This document shows, one piece after another, positions 22,850-35,473 of a stretch of DNA of 51,709 bases. The position numbers and the translations under genes were made by a program. The notes under the pieces were generated by a model that saw nothing but the letters and a program-made list of their open reading frames with translations, did no database searches and was not told where the DNA came from. This DNA comes from Thecamonas trahens ATCC 50062 (taxonomy: Eukaryota > Protista > Apusomonadida), in assembly GCF_000142905.1 (NCBI RefSeq), contig NW_013657614.1:1-51709 (forward strand), written 5' to 3'. Numbering within the stretch: the first letter of the stretch is position 1; each line of letters opens with the position of its first letter.

Positions 22850-23575
22850 TCACAGATCATCGTTGAGGATGAACCTGTTGCCCTCCGACTGACGGCCGTA
22901 GTACACATACTTGGAGACGCCAAAGCGGGCGCCGCCGGGCTTGTTCTGCGGCTTGTCGTCGGGCAGGGTGTCGAGGCCGGGAGCGGCAGCGGGATCGTCG
23001 CCGGGCGGCTGCGAGTCGCCGGTTGAGGCGACGACGGGCGACTTTGGCCTTGCGACGCGCATAAACTTGCCGATACGTGCCGCCTCGTCGCGCTCGCTTT
23101 GCGTCACCTCTGTCGAGTCGAGAAAGCCGAGGTTGGGGATGCGATGCAGGACGTAGAGGCGGTAGCGGGCATAGTCCGAGTCGTCCTTCTCCGAGTTGAA
23201 GATCGGCGTGGGGCAGCACGGGTTCTTGAGCAGCGAGAGGTAGCGGAGGCGGGGATAGTGCGACTCGATAAACTCCAGCAGCGTATCGATGTCGGTCACA
23301 TGATTGTTGTTGAGGGTGAGGGTATCCAGCTCGGGGGCGTTCGGAGGGAGGCAGAGACCGTCATCGGTCACCTCGTTGTTGTCCACCACCAGCGACTTGA
23401 GCGCCACAAATCCATCCAGCCCATCAAGCGACTGCAGACAGTTGTACGAGAGGTCAAGCGTCGCCGCATCGCCGCCATACGCGTCGCCAAAGCCTTCGGG
23501 AACAGCACTCCAGTCCAGCCCGGCGCAATTGACCTCGGCCCCGCTCACGCGCACGCCCTCGAACCCAGCAGACAT
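22850..23575 (-). CDS. LRMDA: Leucine-rich repeat protein, LRMDA (C10orf11) homologue
   Basis: LDLSYN and LTLNNN LRRs, LRR cap YRLYVLHRIPNLGFLD, characteristic C-terminus YVYYGRQSEGNRFILNDDL. Confidence 0.85.
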   Translation of the reverse strand: MSAGFEGVRVSGAEVNCAGLDWSAVPEGFGDAYGGDAATLDLSYNCLQSLDGLDGFVALKSLVVDNNEVTDDGLCLPPNAPELDTLTLNNNHVTDIDTLLEFIESHYPRLRYLSLLKNPCCPTPIFNSEKDDSDYARYRLYVLHRIPNLGFLDSTEVTQSERDEAARIGKFMRVARPKSPVVASTGDSQPPGDDPAAAPGLDTLPDDKPQNKPGGARFGVSKYVYYGRQSEGNRFILNDDL

Positions 23576-23576
23576 G

Positions 23577-23710
23577 GCGGTGGGGGGTGGGGGTGGGGGT
23601 GTTGGGGAGTGGGGGTGGTGGGGAGTGGGGGGGGTAGGGGGGAGAGGGTAGGGGTGAGGGGTACGGGGGGAGGGGGGGGGCGTCGGGAGAGGGGTTGGTG
23701 GTGGTGGTGG
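23577..23710 (+). repeat. G-run tract with G-quadruplex potential, immediately upstream of LRMDA
   Basis: more than 15 runs of three or more G. Confidence 0.75.
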
Positions 23711-23723
23711 GTGTCAAGGAGGT

Positions 23724-23768
23724 CGTCGGTTGGTCGGTCGGTCGGTCGGTCGGTCGGTCGGTCGGTCG
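23724..23768. repeat. (GGTC)n microsatellite
   Basis: direct reading. Confidence 0.9.
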
Positions 23769-23833
23769 CAGCCGGTTGGTCGCGGCCAGATGGTCGGTCG
23801 CGGCCAGGTGGTCAGAGAGTCGGCTGAAAGCTT

Positions 23834-24901
23834 TTACGAAGAGAACATCTTGGCGTACATCTTCTTCTGCTGGGCCTTGGCCTTCTTGCGGTGGGCGGCA
23901 ATCTTCTTGAGCTCGCGCTTGACGGCGGCAGACTCGGGATCGACGGCGAGCGCGGCCTTAAAGTCGGACTCGGCGGCGTCGTAGTTCTTGAGCGCGGCGT
24001 GGCAGCAGCCGCGGCGGTGGAGGGCCTTGACGTTCTGCGACTGACCGGCGAGAGACTCGAGGACCTCTGTGGTGTCATCGATGGCCTCGTCGTACTTGGC
24101 AAGGTGGAAGTAGCACATGGCGCGGTTGATGAGCGGCGAGACGAGGGCGGCGTCGCTGTCGGCGTCGTCGGACGACTTGAGGTAGCGAATGGCCTTGGCG
24201 TACTTTGCGATGGCGGCATCAAAGGCCTTGGCCTTGAACAGCTCGTTACCCTGGAGGCGGAGCGTGTTGGCGATGTCAACGGCCTTGTCGGAGCCGTCGT
24301 AGTCGTCCGGGTACTTGGGGTACGGGTCGTTGGGGTCCGACGAGTTGACGATGCCGTCGTCGGCGCCCGGCGCGAGCTCACCGCAGTCCTCGATGACGAC
24401 AGCATCGATGGGACGGTCGTCGGCGGTCTCGAGGGCCTCGATCTCGCGGACGACGCCCATGCCCTTGAGGACCTCGCCAAAGACAACATGCTTGCCGTCG
24501 AGGTGTGGCGTGGGAACGGTGGTGACAAAGAACTGCGAGCCGTTGGTGCCCGGCCCGGCGTTGGCCATGGAGAGCAGGCCCGGCTTGGTGTGCATGACCT
24601 CAAAGTTCTCGTCCTCAAACTTGGCACCGTAGATCGACTCGCCGCCGGTTCCGTTGTGGTTGGTAAAGTCGCCACCCTGGATCATAAAATCCTCGATGAC
24701 GCGGTGGAAGGTCGAGCCCTTGTACGACAGAGCCTTGCCGGACTCGCCAACGCCCTTCTCGCCGGTGCAGAGCGCACGGAAGTTCTCCGACGTCTTGGGC
24801 GTGATGTCGGTGTAGAGCTTGAACACGATGCGGCCGGCCGGCACGCCGCCGATGGAGATGTCGAAGAATGTCCGCACGTCAGACTTGGACTCGGCAGCCA
24901 T
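23834..24901 (-). CDS. PPID: Cyclophilin-40 type PPIase with TPR domain
   Basis: [65 protein letters not shown], TPRs (GNELFK, KALHRRG), terminal YAKMF. Confidence 0.95.
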   Translation of the reverse strand: MAAESKSDVRTFFDISIGGVPAGRIVFKLYTDITPKTSENFRALCTGEKGVGESGKALSYKGSTFHRVIEDFMIQGGDFTNHNGTGGESIYGAKFEDENFEVMHTKPGLLSMANAGPGTNGSQFFVTTVPTPHLDGKHVVFGEVLKGMGVVREIEALETADDRPIDAVVIEDCGELAPGADDGIVNSSDPNDPYPKYPDDYDGSDKAVDIANTLRLQGNELFKAKAFDAAIAKYAKAIRYLKSSDDADSDAALVSPLINRAMCYFHLAKYDEAIDDTTEVLESLAGQSQNVKALHRRGCCHAALKNYDAAESDFKAALAVDPESAAVKRELKKIAAHRKKAKAQQKKMYAKMFSS

Positions 24902-24954
24902 GGTTCTGTGTTCGAGGGTCAGAGTTAGGGTCAGGATTGGCAGTAGACGTATCG

Positions 24955-25460
24955 CAGCCGAGGCCGAGGCCGAGGTCGAGGTAAAGGAATGCATCGCAGC
25001 CGCGGCCGACGCAGAACGCATCGCATCGCAGCCAACACAGGGGACGCATCGCAGCCGACACAAAGGGCCGACACAGGGGACACAGGGGGGGGATGCATCG
25101 CAGCCGACACAGCCGACACAGCCGACACAAAGGGCCGACACAGCCGACACAGCCGACACAGCAGACACAGCAGACACAGTCGACACAGTCGACACAGCAG
25201 ACACAGCCGACGCAACGCCCACCGCAACGCCCACCGCAACGCCCACCGCAACCAGCACCACATCCACATCCACATCCACATCCACATCCACATCCACATC
25301 CACATCCACATCCACATCCACATCCACATCCACCACACACCCCAACCATGGCCCAATCCCCAACCATCTCCCAATCCCCATGAGTTCCCCTTCCCCTTCC
25401 ACCTCTTCCCCTTCCACCAGTGCTTCACGAAGACTCGATCCCCCCTCCCCCTCCCCCTCA

Positions 25461-25531
<71 letters not shown>

Positions 25532-25535
25532 GCAC
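24955..25535. repeat. Compound low-complexity block: (CAGCCGACA)n, (CAACGCCCACCG)n, (CACATC)n, (CA)n; probably inside a 5'UTR intron of PPID (~24906-25568, minus strand)
   Basis: direct reading; GTATGT donor at ~25568 and CCCTAAC..ACACAG acceptor 4 nt before the ATG. Confidence 0.8.
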
Positions 25536-25680
25536 ACATGTGACCATCACTGCGTCACCAACACATACATGTACTGCGAGATGGTATCGAGTTGGGTGAT
25601 GGTCCCCGTCGCAGTCAGCTCGCTCGACTGGCCTCATTGTGGTCGACGTCGTTGTTTACGTTTGAGCGAAGGTGCCTCTC

Positions 25681-27999
25681 TCACTCGGTCTCCAGATCCT
25701 CGACGGTCATGCCGGCGAGCGCGTTGTCAATCTGGCCCTCAAAGGCATCGAGCGCCTCGAGCTGGGCTTGCTTGTCGGCGGAGAGGGTCGGTGCCGGTGA
25801 GGGCTGCGGTGGCGGGCCGGTCCGTGCGCCCATGCGAAGCTCGTCGAGCGCCATGAGCACCTTGCTCTTGAAGGCCCGCAGGTCGGCGTCGCGCTCGCGG
25901 AGCTTGGCAGTGTACTCGACCTGCACCGCCGCCGTCCGCCGCTCCACCGCCGCCGCAATCGCCGACTGGACGCCCGGCGAGAGCTCGACCGCCGACGCTG
26001 CGCCGGAGCCGGCCCCGCCGCTCGACGCGAGCATGGAGCTCACCCGCGCCTCCACCCGCTTCTCCAGCACCTTGAGGTTCGACTTTTGGTTCTCGTGAAG
26101 CTTCTTGAGGTTGGCATACTGCTCCTTGCGGACGTCGCGGAGCGAGGTCTTGAGCGTCGCCACGGCAAACCGCAGCTCGTCGAGCTCGCTGCTCGCCCCC
26201 GCAGCACCCGCAGCACCGCCGCTCGACGCCGCCGCCACCTCGAGCTCGTCCATCCGCGTCTCGACCCTCGCCAGCTTGGCCTCGAGCGCCGCAGTCGCCT
26301 CAAAGCTGCCCGCGCCGGCGCCCGACGACGCCATCGACGCGTTGGCCGCCTCGGTCTGCAGGCTCGCCACCGTGTCCTCCACCAGCTCGAGCCGCGACGC
26401 GAACTCCGCCACTGACTCCTCCATGGCCCGGATCGAGGCCCGCGACGGCGACACGCCCGCTCCACCATCTCCACTTCGCCCGCCGCTGCCGCTGCCGCTC
26501 GCTCCGCCCGCCGCCGGCACAGACACTGCGTGGCCGTGCCGGAGGAGGACCAGCCGCATTCGCAGGTCCTCGATCTGGGCCTGGAGCGGGACAACCCGTG
26601 AGTCGACCTCGGCCTTGACCGACTCCTCTACAACCTCGGTCGTCTCGGCGGTGTGCGACTGGAGCAGCCGCGCGACCTCGTCGATAAAGGCGTCGCCGCG
26701 GAGGCCTGCCAGGTTCGACGCCAGCTCGGTCGCCGCCTCGCCGCTTCGGCGCTCCGGCTCGGTCGACAGGTACCACACCGCGCCCGAGAGCGAGTTGGTC
26801 TCGCTCAGCCCGCCAAAGGTGATAAACGAGCCGTCGACCACCGTGGCAGCGTGGTCAAAGACCGGCGACGGTGAGAGCACCCCGCCGGTGACCTCGACCC
26901 CGCGCGCCGTCGCCTCAACCCGCTCCCACCGGTTCTCGGCCACCCGGTAGAGCCACGCGTCCTCGAGCACCGACGCCCCGCGCCCGCCAAACACAACCAG
27001 GTTGCCGCCCACCTCGGCCGCGACGTGGCCCGTCCGCCGCTGCGGCCGCTCGCCCACAGGGTCCAGCACCTCCCACGCAAACGTCACCGGGTCCAGCCGC
27101 CACAAGTCACCGAGCCGGCCAGCCTCCGAGAACCCGCCAAAGCAGTAGACCGAGCCGGCCACCACCGTGAGCGTGTGCCCGTACCGCGGCGCAGGCGTGG
27201 CGCCCATCGGCATGACCTCAGTCCACGACTTGGACGCCACGTCGTAGGCCCACAGTTCGCCGTCGAGCGCTGTCCCCGTGCTCACGCTCGGGAACCGGTC
27301 CGCCCCGCCGTGCACAAGCATCACTCCGTCGTAGTACACCGCCGCGTGCCCGTACCGCGGCGACGGAACCGGCGCCGACGGCTGGACCGCAAACCGGGTC
27401 CACTCCCACTCGTCGATGTCCAGCCGCCACAGATCGTTGAACGCCCGCACGCCCGACTCGCCGCCAAAGACCAGCATGCCACCAGCGCCGTCGCCCACGG
27501 CAGAGTGGCCAAACCGCCGCGATGGCGTCGCCTGTGCCGTCTGCGGCGCCACCCGCCGCCACCGCAGCGTCTCCGAGTTGAACACCCACATGTCCTCCTG
27601 CGCCGACGCCGCCCATCCGCCAAACACCACCACCTCGCTCCCGTGCGCCACCGCAGAATGCCCTCTCCGCTTCACCGCCGTCATATGTGCGTTCGGCACC
27701 TTGTGCCACGACAGCGCCGCGTGTCCCACCCGCGCCTCACTGTGCCTCCGCCCGTAAATTCCCGGAATGCCCCAACGCCCGAATGTCCGCACACCACACA
27801 TCCCCAAAAATAATCCATCAATGAGTCGTGCATGTACACACCTCCGCCCCATGTCCACCAAGTCAGCCGAGCCGTCTACCTGGGTCAGCAGAGCCGTGCC
27901 CGTCGTCGGCACCTCCCCCCCCCCTCTCCCCTCACCCTCCACCTCCCCCCCCTCCCCTCACCCCCCCTCGTACTGTCCACAAGCACACACGTACGACAT
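25681..27999 (-). CDS. Kelch-repeat beta-propeller plus C-terminal coiled coil; inferred 5-nt exon 1 (27995-27999) and intron 27740-27994
   Basis: six kelch repeats (RRGHSAV..VFGG, RFGHSAV, PRYGHA, PRYGHT, RTGHV, FDHAA); ATGTC|GTACGT..CACAG|T gives in-frame MSEARV. Confidence 0.85.
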
Positions 28000-29300
28000 G
28001 GTGTTCTTGGTCACCACAGACAGTGGTGGGTCAAGTGGCTGGCGGCAGGGGTGCGGCTTGCAGGGTGCGGTGTGAGGGGGGGGGAGCGGAGGTGCCAGTG
28101 GCTGGGAGCCGTTCGCACTGAAACTGCTACCTTTGTACGCAATGGCAAATTAATCGTTGCTGACGGAGCGCTGGCTTTGGCGAGCAGGCAAGCAGGCGAT
28201 AGACGTCAAGGTGGACTAGTCAGGGTCAGAGGGAACGACGGCAAGGGGGAACGGGGGGGGGGGGGCGGGGGGGGGAGGGGAGGGTAGTGAGTGATATTGG
28301 ATNNNNNNNNNNNNNNNNNNNNNNNNNNNNNNNNNNNNNNNNNNNNNNNNNNNNNNNNNNNNNNNNNNNNNNNNNNNNNNNNNNNNNNNNNNNNNNNNNN
28401 NNNNNNNNNNNNNNNNNNNNNNNNNNNNNNNNNNNNNNNNNNNNNNNNNNNNNNNNNNNNNNNNNNNNNNNNNNNNNNNNNNNNNNNNNNNNNNNNNNNN
28501 NNNNNNNNNNNNNNNNNNNNNNNNNNNNNNNNNGCGACGGTGGGGGGGGGAGGGGGAGGGGTATGATGATGTGATGCTGGTAAGCATTGCAGCTTGCGAG
28601 CAATCGTGGTGCTATCGTCAACGATGTGAGGTGAGCAAAATCGCCTCACCGGCAGTAGAGGCAACGATGAGAGCAACTACAAACGTGTCAAGCGAAATCA
28701 AGACACTCGCCCACGTTCCAGCTGTTGTAGTCTGACTTGCCAAGCAACTGGTGATGGTAACAGAGATACATCAGCAGCCTTGCAAGAGGAACGGTTTGGC
28801 TTGCAAATAATACCACAAACCCGCCGACAGTTGATCATGCGCTTGCAGCCAACACCACCCCCCTCTTCCGCCCACACCTCTGCATCTGTTTCTCATCGCC
28901 TCCCTCTGCTCCCTCCACTACCTCGATGATGCGATGGGGAAGCCATTGATGTGCACAGCGCCACCATCTGTGTCTCTATCCCGCCGCTAGATGCCATCGA
29001 TCTCTTTCAACGCCACCTTCTCACTGCCACAGATGCCCACCATGTTGGTGATCGCGAGCACATCATGATCACATCGCTCTGGTGCCACTGTGCTGGCTAT
29101 GGCTGATCTGATGTGCTGATGTCGTCCACGATGACTCGCCCATGTGCAGACAGCAATGCACACTGATCGCATTCGCCAGCCTACCGACGGCCAGCGTCGG
29201 GCACCCGGGCCGGGCGGACTCCTGTCAGCTGCCACGGCTGGAGGGGTCAGCTGGGGTAGAAGGCCACCACTGCACTCTGAGAGAGTGTTCTCTGGCGGAG

Positions 29301-30205
29301 ATGCAGGTATCTGACGATGTTACCCTCGGCCTCTCCTTCCTTGGCTCTAACATGATCACAGACGACGGGACAACCGCCCTTGTCCAGGCTGCCTTTGCCG
29401 TCCTCACCAAGAAGCTGGACGAGTCGGCCATCTACGGTACAACCTCCACAGACTCACCCACAGCACCCACATTCCTGCCACACATACCATGTCATTCTCC
29501 ACACAATTCTCTATCTTCCCATACCCCCTACATACACTGTAACCCCTTTACGTACTCACACCAACCGGCTCGCCCCCCCCCCCCCCCCTCCCGCCTCCCA
29601 CGTCCGCCTCGTGACCGCCCGCCTCCCCGACCAACACGCTGGAATCGGACTGCGTATCAACAGGCTCGGCTGCGCTGGGAGAGGTCGACCCTGCGGCACT
29701 CAAGCAGATGTACCACGCCCTGACGGCGGTGATTCTCGAGGGTGCCAAGCGCAATCTCGATGCTGACGTCGCATGCGCACCGCTGGAGGAGGCGGGCGTG
29801 CCTGAGGCGCGCATTAACGCCTTCTCCACACTCTACGGCAAGTGCCTCGGCATGCTCCGCGAGATCTTGTTCTCGGCCGGCTTCAACTACCCGCACGTTG
29901 TCGACGCCCAGTGGCGCCTCGACTACGTGATCAAGGACTCGAACCTCGAGAAAATCGACGAGATCCACTACGCCGTCGCCCTCATCACCGAGAACGGCGG
30001 CGACTTTGAGGACGAGCTCCTCGCCGGTAACCCGGCCACTCTTGACGGTATCGTCAAGCTCGGCTCCGAAGCCTCCTCCTCCCACGTCGGCAACGGCACC
30101 GGCCGCAAGGTCGAGTTCACCTGCTCCCGCGAGCAGCTCGAAGACCTCGTCATCACCCTCCGTGATGCCACCAAGCAGATGGAGCGCATCATCGAGGACG
30201 AGTAA
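29301..30205 (+). CDS. COMMD3: COMM domain protein 3; intron 29437-29663
   Basis: spliced product MQVSDDVTLGL..DPAALKQ..ILEGAK..PHVVDAQWRLDYVIK..VEFTCSREQLEDLV..LRDATK is collinear with COMMD3 as I recall it; G|GTAC..AACAG phases match. Confidence 0.88.
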
Positions 30206-30422
30206 CACCTCCTCCCCACCCCCCTTCTCCATACCCCCCTTCCCGCCCCTCCACACCACCACTAAAAAATTTAGGCTCTGCGCCCCCCCACCCCCCCTCC
30301 CCTCCTTGCCCAACCATCGGTAGAAACGTCCACCCCGACAAAGCGACTCGCCGGCCACCCGCCGACTGGCCCGGCCCACCCCTCTCCACCTCCCCACCCC
30401 ACCCCCCCCACACACCAGAGTC

Positions 30423-33400
30423 ATGACCCGTGACTCTGAGCTCCTCACCCTCGTGGTGCAGTATCTGGAGGAGCTTGGGCTCACCTCTTCCGCAAGACAT
30501 GTGGCTGACTCGGCTGCTGCTGCCCGCCTCCTCACCGCTGGTCGGAGCTGGACTGGCGAGGGCATACCACTGACTGTGCCTTCTCCGTCATCATCATCAC
30601 CATCATCATCACATACCAATGCTATGGACATTGTCTCTGCCAGCTCGAACGCTCCTCGTATCGCTCCTCGCCTCGCCCCGCTCCTTCCAAAGGGCCGCCT
30701 CGTCGCTATGGCTGACGCCGTCCTCGCTGCGGCGGCTCGCCTCAACTCGGCCTTTCCTCAGAACCTGGCCTCACTGCTGGCGGTGGGTAGGCTTGATCCG
30801 ATCACCGCTATTGTCGACACAGAGGCGACAAAGTCAAGCTCGTCTGCCAGCCCATCGGCTGCTCTTCTCTCTGCGAGCAAGATGCTCCGCCAACGGAGCG
30901 TGTACGGACAGGCTGAGCGCGGACAGGCGTGGCTTAACCCGACACGGTTTGTCTCACGCCTCCAGCGGGTCTACTCGACTCGTGGGCACATCAAGGATGC
31001 GTATTGTCTCAAGTTTGACCGGTCATCGCGGCGGATTGTGACCGGTGCCGACGACAGACTGGTCAAGGTGTGGAACGCGAGGACTGGCCGACTGCTGCTC
31101 ACTCTCCGCGGCGCCATCCATGACATCACCGACCTGGCATGCTCGCTCGACAACAGATTTGTGGCGGCATCGTCCAACGGCGAGGGCCTCGTCAACGACA
31201 TCCGGGTGTGGGACCTGGCCACTGGCGAGGCCAAGGCTGTGCTCCTCGGCCACTCTCAGGACATCAACAGTATCGCCTTTGTCCCCTCGCCGCTTGCCGA
31301 CACGTACCGTCTCGTCTCCATCTCGTCCGACGGCTCGGTGCGGATCTGGACCTCGGGTCCGGACGGCGAGTTTGCCGCCCATCCGCTGGTGGTTCTCCCC
31401 ACTGGACCGGGCGCCGAGCCCATCCGCGACTCGCAGCTGATGGCGCTCGACGTCGACCCGACCGGGACTCGCTTGGCGGTCGGCAACCACCTCGGCCACG
31501 TCTTTGTCTACAACCTTGCCTCCCGCCGTCCGACCCTTCTTGCCGCGCTTCCGGCTCACGCCCACCGGATCATGTCCATCAAGTTCTCGCCACGCGGCGA
31601 TGCGCTCCTCACCGCCGCCCGCAACTCAACGGCCGCCGTATGGACCGAGGATCCAGACGCGCCGGGCACCTTTGCCGTAGCCCGCTTTGGCGAAGGCCGT
31701 GGCTACGACACGATCGTCGCCGAGTGGGCTGGCCGCCACGCCTCGCTCGTCATCACCGCCACGTCAGACCACGCTGTTCGTGTCTACGACGCCACCACTG
31801 GCGCCCTGCGCCACACCCTCCGCGGCCACGAGCAGGATGCACTCGTCATCCAAGCTCACCCGACGCTTCCCAACCTGGTCGCCACTGGCGGGCAGGCGGG
31901 CGAGTCATCCTGTGGGACGTTCAGCGCGGCTCGCAGCTGACCATCTTTGAGGAGCTCGATCCCATCGACGACATCTCGTTCTCGCCCGACGGCACCTCAC
32001 TCGCCGCCATCTCACTCCTTGGCGTCATTTTCTTCTACCAAGTCGGCCCCTGTCTCCGCGACTACCGCGACATTCCGCCCGAGCAGTTTACCACCGATGA
32101 CTACAAGCCGCTTGTCCGTGACATCAACTCGTGGGTCCTCGACGCTGCCTCCCAGCGCCCACCACATGCTCTTCCGCCGGCACCGCGCTGCGACATGGCG
32201 GGCGTCGAGTACGATACCCAGCCGCACCCGAGCGAGCTCGTGCCGTCGCCGTCGCTCGCGCTCGCTCCCACAGACCTCGCCCGTGCAGCCGCCCGCCTCG
32301 CGGCGCTCCGAAACTACCGCGGCTCTGATGACGATGTGGCACACCGCCGCGCGGTGATCGCGACTGTCCGTGCCGCTGCAGCCGGCACGCCCTCTGCACC
32401 ATCGTCCCGCAGCGGAGAGACCGACGTGCTGACCGCACCATTTACAGTTGTCGACGCTGCGGCCGCCTTTGCCGCGCTGCTGCGCAATCCGCCGCGCCGC
32501 CGGCAGCGCGCTTCACCACGCCGCTCCGCCGCCGACCGTCGTGTCACCGCCGAGGAGGAAGCCATTGCCGAGGTTGTCGCCGCGGGGCGGCGGGTCCACA
32601 CCACCCGCTCAGGCCGCGTGGCACGGACCACGTTCTCGGCCGAGGAGCTCAACCGGTTCGAGGGTCTCTCCGGCTCGGGCTCGGGCTCGGGCTCAGGCTC
32701 GGGCGGGCGCGGATCACGGGCGAGCGAACCGGCGGCGGCGCGNNNNNNNNNNNNNNNNNNNNNNNNNNNNNNNNNNNNNNNNNNNNNNNNNNNNNNNNNN
32801 NNNNNNNNNNNNNNNNNNNNNNNNNNNNNNNNNNNNNNNNNNNNNNNNNNNNNNNNNNNNNNNNNNNNNNNNNNNNNNNNNNNNNNNNNNNNNNNNNNNN
32901 NNNNNNNNNNNNNNNNNNNNNNNNNNNNNNNNNNNNNNNNNNNNNNNNNNNNNNNNNNNNNNNNNNNNNNNNNNNNNNNNNNNNNNNNNNNNNNNNNNNN
33001 NNNNNNNNNNNNNNNNNNNNNNNNNNNNNNNNNNNNNNNNNNNNNNNNNNNNNNNNNNNNNNNNNNNNNNNNNNNNNNNNNNNNNNNNNNNNNNNNNNNN
33101 NNNNNNNNNNNNNNNNNNNGACATGGCGCTGTCGGCACTCTCGTCGCGGCGGAGAGAGGGCAGCGCGGACGGCGGCGCGGGCGGCGGCCGCCGCCGAGCC
33201 TACTCGACGGTCGTCACGGCGGCGGGCAGCTCGGTCGTGGCGTGATGCGCTCTCGTCGAGTTCGTCGTCCGAGTCGTCGTTTGGCTCTGCGCCGCGCCGC
33301 GAGCGGAAGCGTGCGCGAACAACGACAACAGCAACGACTGCACGCGGCGGCGCACGCGGTGGCGGCGCACGCGGGCGGGCCCAGCCATCGGCCATGCTCG

Positions 33401-34833
33401 TCTTCCCCGACTGGCTGACCACCCGCAGCCCGCCGCACCGCTACGTGCCGCAACTTGGCGACCGCGTCATCTACGCCATTCAAGGCCACACAGCGTACCT
33501 AGAGAGCCACCCGTCGGATTTTGTCCCGCTGTGGGACCTTGCGCCGTCCCTCCCAGGCACCGGCGTCGTTCCAGCCGAAGTTGTCGAGCTCAAGTGGCAG
33601 TGCAACGAGCGGCGGACAGTCCACCTCGGTCTGCGCATCGAGAGCGACGAGATGCCGCGGGCCTCGCGGGCGCTGCAGAACATCGATGTGCTCTGGATCG
33701 AGTACGATCCGGGCGTCGAGGGCGTGGCCGACTTTCTCCTCCTCCGCGAGCAGGTCCTCGCCGCCGAGGCCAGGCTCGGCGCGCACAACGCCGCGCAGCA
33801 GCCGCCGCTCGTTGCTGTCTACTACGAGGACATGGCCAAGCTGTACCTGGGGCGACTCGCGGGGCGGACCGTGGCCGATCCGCGGTACCCGCACTCGCCG
33901 TGGGAGTCGGTCGAAATCAATTGGCTCTCAGACGCAGCGCCAACCGCCGTCTCGCCGTGGGAAGTTGTGCCTTGGACCGCGGTGGCGGCCGTCCTCGGCG
34001 CCGACGCCGACAGCACCGCGCCGGAGCTCGATTGCAGCGAGGCGCAGTACGCTGCGCTCCAGAACCACATGTGGCAGCGCGCCGAGCTGGACCGAGCGCG
34101 CGCCGAGCGCGTCACGACTGCCATTGCTGCCGCCCTCCAGGACAACGACTTTGCCATCGCGGTCGACGCCTTCCGCATGCCGGTTGACGTCTCCGACTTT
34201 CCGCTCTACCCCAACCTCGTCACCGCTCCGTCTGACCTCACCACCATTCTCGCCCGGCTCCGCTCCGGCTACTACCGCACCTCGCAGGCGCTTGAGTTTG
34301 ACATGCGCCGCATCGGCGCCGCCGCCGCAGAGTTCAACGCGCCCGACTCGCTCATTGTCCGCGTCGCCGCTGCGCTCTCGGACGGCCTGCTTGCCCTCGT
34401 CCACAACAGTGACGCCACCTTGCTCCGGGTCGACTTTGCCACCGCCGAGGGCATCGTCGCCTCGGACGACTCGGACAACGAGCCGCTCTCTGCCCCGCCT
34501 GCCCCGCCTGCCCCGCCGTCGGAGCGCCCCAAGCGGAACCGCAGCCCACCAGCGGACGCCGTGCCCGCCGATCAACCGCCAGCCAAGCGGGCACGTCCGC
34601 TCTCGCCCGCCGCATCCGTGCCTCCGGTTCCCGCCGCCGCCGCCGCCGCCCCACCTCGTCGCGCAATCAAGCTGCGCCTCCCCGCGCAGGGCAATGTCGC
34701 CGCCGCCGACTCGGACTCGGAGTCATCAGCCTCGATCTCGTCGTCGTCAGCCTCGTCATCTGCTGGCGAGTCCTCGTACGGCCATGCCGACGGCGACGAT
34801 GATGACGACGCCTCAGAGTCATCATGGGCTTAG
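30423..34833 (+). CDS. BRWD/PHIP-family WD40 + bromodomain protein; frameshift near 31893; N gap 32743-33119
   Basis: LisH-like SELLTLVVQYL, GH..YCLKFDRS..IVTGADDRLVKVW..GRLLLTLRG, PPEQFTTDDYKPLVRD, YVPQLGDRVIY..QGH, one bromodomain (PVD..Y..PSDLTTI..RL..GYY..FNAPDS). Confidence 0.9.
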
Positions 34834-35473
34834 CGACCGCAAAAAATGAAGACATTGTCATCGCCGTCCTCACCAAAACTGTTGCCAACAACTGGCATAA
34901 TGTGTACGAACAACCGCCACCAACAATAATTGTAAGCGCATTCGACCAATTTTTTGGTCATCCCCCCCCCCCCCCNNNNNNNNNNNNNNNNNNNNNNNNN
35001 NNNNNNNNNNNNNNNNNNNNNNNNNNNNNNNNNNNNNNNNNNNNNNNNNNNNNNNNNNNNNNNNNNNNNNNNNNNNNNNNNNNNNNNNNNNNNNNNNNNN
35101 NNNNNNNNNNNNNNNNNNNNNNNNNNNNNNNNNNNNNNNNNNNNNNNNNNNNNNNNNNNNNNNNNNNNNNNNNNNNNNNNNNNNNNNNNNNNNNNNNNNN
35201 NNNNNNNNNNNNNNNNNNNNNNNNNNNNNNNNNNNNNNNNNNNNNNNNNNNNNNNNNNNNNNNNNNNNNNNNNNNNNNNNNNNNNNNNNNNNNNNNNNNN
35301 NNNNNNNNNNNNNNNNNNNNNNNNNNNNNNNNNNNNNNNNNNNNNNNNNNNNNNNNNNNNNNNNNNNNNNNNNNNNNNNNNNNNNNNNNNNNNNNNNNNN
35401 NNNNNNNNNNNNNNNNNTCACACAATGGCCAACCCCCAACACTCCGGTCACCGCTCCGGACACGGTTGAGAAC

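Noticed and set aside
24902-25537. N-terminal extension of the cyclophilin ORF (CVCV/VDVD), and likewise 6645-6713 and 44670-45074
   Set aside because: Translated microsatellite, UTR or neighbouring-gene sequence upstream of the credible ATG
28534-29300. Possible ncRNA or small gene in the divergent spacer
   Set aside because: No tRNA, rRNA or snRNA motif and no credible ORF recognised
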